Shown: positions 58,049-64,000 of the stretch, piece after piece
How positions within the stretch are numbered: position 1 is the stretch's first letter
Layout: each line of letters begins with the position of its first letter
IMG/VR virus record: IMGVR_UViG_3300042356_002199
Origin: an uncultured virus (IMG/VR IMGVR_UViG_3300042356_002199)
Lineage: Duplodnaviria > Heunggongvirae > Uroviricota > Caudoviricetes
Reading direction: 5' to 3' (one strand)
Length of the DNA stretch: 64,000 bases
The notes under the pieces: generated by a model
What the model saw: only the letters and a program-made list of their open reading frames with translations
Databases searched by the model: none
Told to the model about the DNA's origin: nothing
Position numbers and translations under genes: made by a program

Positions 58049-60160
58049 TTAAACTGTCTGGCCGAAACTCCATGCCGACCTTGTCTCGCGCTCTGCTAGC
58101 AATTCTTGCTGGTGCGCAAAAAAATCCGTAAACATTTCTACGAGGCCATCACGAAAGAAGCTAAACCGTTTTTCTTCGTCTGCATATACGAAAGATTTAA
58201 GCATTAAGGAGTTAATTTCATTGAAATGAACCTCATTAATTTTCTTCATTCTGGATGTATGTGCATCAACCATTGCTCGGACATCTTTTGCTGGCAGTGC
58301 TTTGATTTTTAGACCTTTCGTAGACGCATCATCGACTCGCGACTCAAAGGAATCGTTAATTATCGAGGACACAACGGGGCGAATATCTTCATCAAACTGT
58401 CTGTTCCATGTTTCTATTGACAACACGGATTCAATATCAAGCGTGCCGTGCATTAAGGCCTTCCTTGATTTTGCCCCACTTGCCTTTTCGAGAACTACCC
58501 GTTGCTGGCGCTCGATAACTCTCTCCATGCCACGAGCTAGGATATTGGTCCACCGCTCTATTGCCTGTTCGCTGCGGTCGATTGGGTCTTTGGTCTCTTG
58601 TTTTTCTTCCGTGGACTTTACCTGTATTTCGTTATCCGGCGACGATGCCACGGACATAGGTCCTGGGGGCATTGGGGCCTGCACGCCACCACCAAAGGCT
58701 TCTGGCGGGGTCGTAGTTTGGGCAAGCTGACCACTGGCTGCGGACTCTGCAAGTGCCCCAGCCATCGTATTGACGTCCAGCGGTACAGGTTCGCCGCCCG
58801 GCGGAACTGGTCCTGGGGGCATTCCTGGCACACCCGGCGGCATTCCCGGTATTCCCGGCGGCATTCCAGGCATACCTGGTGGCATTCCCGGCATACCTGG
58901 AACTTCGGTCTGGCCTTCTTCCATTTTCTTTTTGGTATTAGCAATTGGAATAAGATTGGGGTTCTGTAGCAAAGAGTCCGCGAGGTCTGCCTCAACTTCC
59001 TTGCGAGAAGAACCGATTCTGTACTCATTCGCGCTGATTAACCCGCCCTGGAACTCCTGTAACAGGTACCTGTCTCTTTCCTGCTTGTAGAGCATAAGAA
59101 TTGGGACTTCTGACGTGTCAAAATCTAGATAATACTTGTCATCGAGTTCATCAAGAGCTCTGGCGATTGGCTCAAGATGGGGGAGCATTGTTTCCATCCA
59201 AAAAACACGGATTTCTTCTCCGGCATTACTGAATGTTCTTCCAGAAGCGTTTCCTATGACGGATTCAGGAACACCAAATGCTGACAGAATTTCTTCTTTT
59301 GTTATTTGACGCATCTGAACATATGCCGCATCGCGCGGATTGGCCGAAGTATCGACGAAATCAACACCGTCATCGGCAGCAATAACTGTTGTATGGCCAG
59401 CCCTTGCCAGATTGCCGCGGAACCTATTTCTAAGCTCCTCCTTATCGTCTTCTTCCATCTCTCCACGAACAACCAAAATGCCGCCAGGACGACCATCATT
59501 AAGCAGGTAGTTGCGGTTGTAGATTTTGGCTAGGTTTTCTATCTCAATGGCAACCCCAGCCGCTTCCAGTGGCGTAAGGGACAGATAAGGGTCGAGAGGG
59601 TGCGGTCTTCTTATCCAGCAAACATCTTCTGGCTTTAAGAACTGCTTTTCTCCGTAGGGCATTTGTACTTCGTACCCTGATACGAACTTTTTGGGGTCCG
59701 GTATTGGTGCCGTTGATTGAGGTGGAAGAAGGTTGAGGGCAATAATCCCCCCATCCCGTCCTCTAATTTTCTCTACGAATGCCCCTCGAGTACCGAGCAT
59801 CAGCTGAGCCGACAATCTGTATCGGAAAATAAAAGAGTTTTCTCCTACATTCGCCTTATTATTCAAGAGCTCTAAGAGGGTAGACCTGTTGGCCTCGCGG
59901 CCACGAACTATTTCCCCCTGATTAGAGTTGTCTTTCCTAAGAATAATTGGAAGGCGAGCCTGATTTCCAGCAATCGCATCAATACATCTATTGACCCAAG
60001 TAATCTTGGACATTCCCTCGCGATAGGCGCGTTCAATGTCCCATCCATCCTTATACGCTTTCCCTGCTAGAGACGGGTTTATGGATACCGGAGCTCCATA
60101 GCCCAGGTCCTTGCGGGACGGGGGGATTATATTTTTATTTTGAGACGGGTTCCAACGCAT
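58049..60160 (-). CDS. HK97-family portal protein with Pro/Gly/Met-rich linker and C-terminal extension
   Basis: WVNRCIDAIA, LSLTPLEAA, EEILSAFGVPESVIG, ISANEYR; PGMP repeats. Confidence 0.9.
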   Translation of the reverse strand: MRWNPSQNKNIIPPSRKDLGYGAPVSINPSLAGKAYKDGWDIERAYREGMSKITWVNRCIDAIAGNQARLPIILRKDNSNQGEIVRGREANRSTLLELLNNKANVGENSFIFRYRLSAQLMLGTRGAFVEKIRGRDGGIIALNLLPPQSTAPIPDPKKFVSGYEVQMPYGEKQFLKPEDVCWIRRPHPLDPYLSLTPLEAAGVAIEIENLAKIYNRNYLLNDGRPGGILVVRGEMEEDDKEELRNRFRGNLARAGHTTVIAADDGVDFVDTSANPRDAAYVQMRQITKEEILSAFGVPESVIGNASGRTFSNAGEEIRVFWMETMLPHLEPIARALDELDDKYYLDFDTSEVPILMLYKQERDRYLLQEFQGGLISANEYRIGSSRKEVEADLADSLLQNPNLIPIANTKKKMEEGQTEVPGMPGMPPGMPGMPPGIPGMPPGVPGMPPGPVPPGGEPVPLDVNTMAGALAESAASGQLAQTTTPPEAFGGGVQAPMPPGPMSVASSPDNEIQVKSTEEKQETKDPIDRSEQAIERWTNILARGMERVIERQQRVVLEKASGAKSRKALMHGTLDIESVLSIETWNRQFDEDIRPVVSSIINDSFESRVDDASTKGLKIKALPAKDVRAMVDAHTSRMKKINEVHFNEINSLMLKSFVYADEEKRFSFFRDGLVEMFTDFFAHQQELLAERETRSAWSFGQTV

Positions 60161-60167
60161 GCGCTAC

Positions 60168-60434
60168 CTACCCGAGGCCCAATAACAAAGCGAAAAGTCC
60201 GCAACAAACACCAGCAACCACCCAACCGGCAGGCATGAATATCATACCTGTACCAATACTACAGAACATTATAAAGCAAACCATTAACAAATTTGCGAAA
60301 GTTCCTCTGTTCGCCTTGGCTGCTAGTGAAGATTTTGTTTTTTTGAGGAATAAAACTGGAGATAATAATACCACCCTAAGTCTTCCGGGTGATTTTTTGC
60401 GTTGTTTTTTTATGTTCTCTGATGCTGGTGGCAT
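60168..60434 (-). CDS. Small membrane protein upstream of the portal
   Basis: Two C-terminal hydrophobic segments; -10 TACTGT 7 nt before ATG. Confidence 0.6.
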   Translation of the reverse strand: MPPASENIKKQRKKSPGRLRVVLLSPVLFLKKTKSSLAAKANRGTFANLLMVCFIMFCSIGTGMIFMPAGWVVAGVCCGLFALLLGLG

Positions 60435-60503
60435 GTAAGATACAGTAGCGCAGAAGTTGGCCCTCGGGCACCATGGGCGCTATTTGATTGGTTACGTTAA
60501 CTT

Positions 60504-61817
60504 ATGGCATCAAAATCTAACTGGGAAGAAGTTCTAGAGTATCTGAGCCCCAAGCTGCCTCCTTTTTGCCCAGAAGAGCCATCTTTGAATCAAAAAGTTT
60601 TTTTGAGGACAAACTGTCTTGAAGGCCTCTTCGGTGGGGCGGCCGGTGGAGGCAAGTCCTCAGCCCTTTTGATGGCCGCCCTACAGTATGTGGATGTCCC
60701 TGGCTATTCGGCAATCCTCTTCCGTAGAACATTTGCCGACCTCTCTCTGCCAGGTGCCTTGATGGACCGCTTTAAATCGTGGATGAGCAATTACGACGAT
60801 GTTCACTGGAACAACAATAGTTTCGTGGCCACCTTCCCGTCTGGGGCTCGCATTTCATTCGGTTACCTAAATAACGTTAACGACTATCTGAGATACAAAG
60901 GTTCTGAGTTTCAGTTCATAGGGATGGATGAAGTTACAGAAATCCGAGAATCCGACTACAGGTACCTTTTCTCTCGTCTGCGTCGTCCCGCAAGTGGTCC
61001 TTTGGCGCAGATTCCGCTTCGAATGAGGGCAGCGTCCAACCCTGCTCCGAATTGGGTTCGTCAGCGGTTCATCGTAGAGGGCAGAGAGACTGGACGGGTC
61101 TTTGTTCCATCCACGCTTAAAGACAACCCAGGAATTGATGCAGATTCATATAGGCAGGCCCTGTCTGCCCTAGACCCCGTTGAACGGCGACGTCTAGAAG
61201 AAGGCGACTGGTGGTCGACGACCCTCGGTAGCCTTTTTGACCGCGAATCTTTCATAATTATCGACCCTAGCGAAATACCTGTCATAACCAATTCTGCCAG
61301 AGTTGTTAGATTCTGGGACCTTGCGGCATCCGAACCATCCGCGTCATACCCCGACCCCGACTGGACGGTTGGAACCCTAATGATGTTTGATGGCGGCATT
61401 TCGTATATTCTCGATATCAAGAAAGCACGAGTAAGAGGCGAGAAAGTAGAACAGCTAATTGCCCAGACAGCAGCAGAGGACGGGTACGGAGTGGCTGTCA
61501 GGATGGAGCAGGAACCAGGCTCGTCTGGCAAGGCACTAGTCGACCAGTACGCTAGATACGTGGTCCCTGGTTACGATTTTGGCGCTATGAGGCCGACCGG
61601 AGACAAAGTAACAAGAGCACGTCCATTTGCCGCGTCTGCAGCGAACGGAAACGTTCGCCTGGTTAGGGCTCCATGGCTCACGGATTTTCTTGATGAATTT
61701 TCATCCTTCCCCGAGTCCGCTAATCACGACGACCAGGTAGACTCCGCTGTTGGAGCTTTTACTTTTCTTACTGGCTTGGGGTTGCCTAGACGTAGAAAAG
61801 CTTCTATACTCCTTTGA
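60504..61817 (+). CDS. terL: Terminase large subunit
   Basis: Walker A GGAAGGGKS, Walker B IGMDE, ASNP, nuclease WDLA...D and HDDQVDS. Confidence 0.92.
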   Translation: MASKSNWEEVLEYLSPKLPPFCPEEPSLNQKVFLRTNCLEGLFGGAAGGGKSSALLMAALQYVDVPGYSAILFRRTFADLSLPGALMDRFKSWMSNYDDVHWNNNSFVATFPSGARISFGYLNNVNDYLRYKGSEFQFIGMDEVTEIRESDYRYLFSRLRRPASGPLAQIPLRMRAASNPAPNWVRQRFIVEGRETGRVFVPSTLKDNPGIDADSYRQALSALDPVERRRLEEGDWWSTTLGSLFDRESFIIIDPSEIPVITNSARVVRFWDLAASEPSASYPDPDWTVGTLMMFDGGISYILDIKKARVRGEKVEQLIAQTAAEDGYGVAVRMEQEPGSSGKALVDQYARYVVPGYDFGAMRPTGDKVTRARPFAASAANGNVRLVRAPWLTDFLDEFSSFPESANHDDQVDSAVGAFTFLTGLGLPRRRKASILL

Positions 61818-61854
61818 ACTACCAATAAATTAGACACATACTAAAGGGACCAAT

Positions 61855-62349
61855 ATGAGCTTAGAAAAAATCCAGGAACTCCGTTCGGCTATTTTAGAGC
61901 TTGACGGACATGTTTCGTCATTCCTTGCAGAAAACCCAACAGCAGAAAAAGCTGGAGAAGTTCTTGCAGAGTTGAACTTTCTCAAACGCGACATGTCTGT
62001 TATCTACGAACAATTCGCGAATCTTTTTGCCGAAATTATGGGCCTCTCCGACACAATTTCTCTTCCAGATGGTACGACCATTGAAAAGAAATCTTCCTAC
62101 GACAGAAAAGGCTGGAAGCATCTAGACCTAGGCTCGGCTGTCGCGGAACGTCTCGTAAACATGTCTGTCGATATGGATACTGGCGAAGTTACAAAATCTC
62201 CAAAACAAATAGCAGAAGAAATGCTTACATACTGTGCCCCTTCGTATTGGCGAATTAAAGAACTGAACAAAATTGGGATTAACGCCGATAGCTTTAGCGA
62301 AGTTGGCGAGCTCAAAACCAGCATTATTGTCCGTAAACCGAAAAACTGA
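61855..62349 (+). CDS. Hypothetical protein
   Basis: SD AGGGA; 164-aa ORF in the recombination cluster. Confidence 0.65.
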   Translation: MSLEKIQELRSAILELDGHVSSFLAENPTAEKAGEVLAELNFLKRDMSVIYEQFANLFAEIMGLSDTISLPDGTTIEKKSSYDRKGWKHLDLGSAVAERLVNMSVDMDTGEVTKSPKQIAEEMLTYCAPSYWRIKELNKIGINADSFSEVGELKTSIIVRKPKN

Positions 62350-62360
62350 ATAGAGGAAAA

Positions 62361-63059
62361 ATGACACAGAACAGCAACGATATCGCCCGTCTCTTGGCGG
62401 AGCCGTTTCCAGAAGAAATGGAACGAACACTCATAAAAAGTGGTGTTGAGTTAATTTATCTGCCAATTAGTGAAGTTATAAATCGCCTAAATAAGGTGCT
62501 GGGAATGAGCAACTGGTCATTCGAAATCATTTCTGTTGCTCGTGATTTAATCGATACTGACGAAATAATTGCGCACGTTTCCCTTACGGCAACGATTGAT
62601 GGATGCACGATAACTAAGCACGGCTTCGGTGGACAGTCAGTAAAGCGTCAGAGAAAAGACAATAAGCCTGTTGACCTTGGCAACGATTTCAAGGGAGCAG
62701 TCTCGGATGCCCTTAAAAAAGCAGCACAGCTACTTGGTGTCGGACTTTATCTAGCACGCTCTTCCGATGCCATGGATGCTGAAGACGCAATTGGCGCATC
62801 CATGCCTCACGTTGAGCCGAGCCCCAATATTGAACCATCTTCTGAATTGGACGAAGAATGGAACAACTTTGTAGGCGTCACAAAGACTCTTGACAAAGAG
62901 CAAAAAGAGTCCCTAAATGACTTTTGGGCGAAATACTCTTCTGGAAAGCCAAAGCCGACCCGCACTACAGTGACAGAAGAAGAAATTAAGGCTCTCATAG
63001 TAGAAGCAATGCGTTTATCTTTCGGAGCGACAATTATTGAGTCACCAAATGACAAGTGA
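62361..63059 (+). CDS. Rad52/Rad22-family single-strand annealing protein
   Basis: YLPISEVINRLNKVLG..NWSF; KGAVSDALKKAAQLLGVGLYL. Confidence 0.85.
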   Translation: MTQNSNDIARLLAEPFPEEMERTLIKSGVELIYLPISEVINRLNKVLGMSNWSFEIISVARDLIDTDEIIAHVSLTATIDGCTITKHGFGGQSVKRQRKDNKPVDLGNDFKGAVSDALKKAAQLLGVGLYLARSSDAMDAEDAIGASMPHVEPSPNIEPSSELDEEWNNFVGVTKTLDKEQKESLNDFWAKYSSGKPKPTRTTVTEEEIKALIVEAMRLSFGATIIESPNDK

Positions 63060-63828
63060 ACAGTCGGTTGTCATGAAAGCCCCAAACATGCTTTCACCGT
63101 CTTCAATTGGAACATTCCGTCAGTGTCCATTAAAGTTTAAGTTCACTAAAATTGATGGCTTGCAAGATTCTCCCACTGAATCCACAATGCTTGGAAATTT
63201 CGTGCATGAGATTCTCGAAACAATGTACGCCCTTCCTCCTGAGCAAAGAACTCAAGACACTGCGAGATTGATTGCTCGCGACCTGTGGGAGTCAAAATGG
63301 GAAGAAATGGTAAAAACCATTATTCGTTCAGAAAAAGAAATCAAACTTTTTAGGTGGACCGCTTGGTGGTGTGTTGAAAATGTTTGGGCCCTAGAGCAAC
63401 CTATGGAGGTTCAGCCATGGGCGATTGAAGAGCATGTAGAGGGGGAAATCTCTGGAGTGAAGCTCCACGGATACATAGACCGCCTTCATGTAGATGGAGA
63501 TACGGCCAAGGTTTGTGATTACAAAACCGGGAAAACTCCCAAAAAACAGTATGTTGATGATAAGTATTTCCAATTAATAATTTACACTCAACTTCTAGGA
63601 AGTGCCGGAATAGAGGCAAAAAACTTTGAGATTGAATTGCTTTATCTAAAAGACGGCGTCAGATTTGAAAAACGAGTAACCGAAGAAGACATTGCAAATG
63701 TTGCTTCTGTCATTGCTGAGGTTAAAGCCGGCATCGACCTGAGAATTGCTCAGGGTCATTTTGAGCCAAACAAGTCAATTCTTTGCAATTGGTGCGGCTT
63801 CAAGTCAATTTGCCCAGCCTGGAAATAA
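63049..63828 (+). CDS. RecB-family PD-(D/E)xK exonuclease with 4-Cys (Fe-S-type) motif
   Basis: LSPSS...CP; GYIDRL...DYKTGK...QL..Y; CNWC....CP. Confidence 0.85.
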   Translation: MTSEQSVVMKAPNMLSPSSIGTFRQCPLKFKFTKIDGLQDSPTESTMLGNFVHEILETMYALPPEQRTQDTARLIARDLWESKWEEMVKTIIRSEKEIKLFRWTAWWCVENVWALEQPMEVQPWAIEEHVEGEISGVKLHGYIDRLHVDGDTAKVCDYKTGKTPKKQYVDDKYFQLIIYTQLLGSAGIEAKNFEIELLYLKDGVRFEKRVTEEDIANVASVIAEVKAGIDLRIAQGHFEPNKSILCNWCGFKSICPAWK

Positions 63829-63841
63829 GTTGCAGGCCCTA

Positions 63842-64000
63842 ATGGAGACATCACAGATTAATAAAACAATGAATACAAAATGGAACGACGACGCCTTTGC
63901 AAGAATGGTTGCCGAAGAAGTAAAAAACAAAACTTCACTTCAAGAACGCGAAGAACTTCAAAATCCAGAACATTGGGATAGATGGAAGCGTGCTCTTATA
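63842..64000 (+). CDS. Partial hypothetical protein (runs off the window; start may be 63869)
   Basis: Open frame METSQINKTMNTKWNDDAFARMVAEEVKNK... Confidence 0.5.
   Translation, partial: METSQINKTMNTKWNDDAFARMVAEEVKNKTSLQEREELQNPEHWDRWKRALI

Noticed and set aside
12572..59533. Numerous short ORFs antisense to or nested in the giant ORFs, capsid and portal genes
   Set aside because: No recognisable motifs; expected shadow frames of long genes.
27213..61817. Inteins or introns in nrdJ, terL or the helicase module
   Set aside because: nrdJ and terL have normal length, and I saw no intein-type C...HN-C/S/T boundaries or LAGLIDADG motifs.
63049..63828. Cas4-like nuclease as evidence of a CRISPR system
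   Set aside because: No repeat-spacer array or other cas genes seen; its position next to a Rad52-like annealase indicates recombination.
1..64000. Alternative genetic code or stop-codon reassignment
   Set aside because: Conserved genes are full length under the standard code, TAG, TGA and TAA all end genes, and no suppressor tRNA is present.

Overview
This window is a 64-kb segment of a large dsDNA tailed phage genome, most likely infecting an Actinobacterium (WhiB, actinobacterial-type SSB, DUF732-like lipoproteins, many leaderless-type starts). It contains cell-wall and lysis genes, a HARP-SNF2 helicase, thioredoxin, SSB, a primase-helicase, WhiB, a class II ribonucleotide reductase, an HNH endonuclease, two tRNAs (Ile2/Met-CAU and Arg-UCU), a Rad52-like annealase with a RecB-family nuclease, and an expanded HK97-type head module (terminase, portal, prohead protease, major capsid protein). 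The standout feature is three giant ORFs (3305, 2846 and 2913 aa), each a string of enzyme-like modules: GNAT, zincin, ART-like, DEDDh exonuclease, ParB/Srx-like, ArdC, UvrD-like helicase and a Cys-His-Asp protease-like domain. The modules are separated by a recurring tetrapeptide, LSSG (18 exact copies, encoded by varied synonymous codons). One giant ORF is fused to the prohead protease, and the giants share leader motifs in pairs. I interpret this as a candidate virion-packaged polyprotein system that is cleaved into effectors. All domain calls come from motif recognition by eye; no database search was run.
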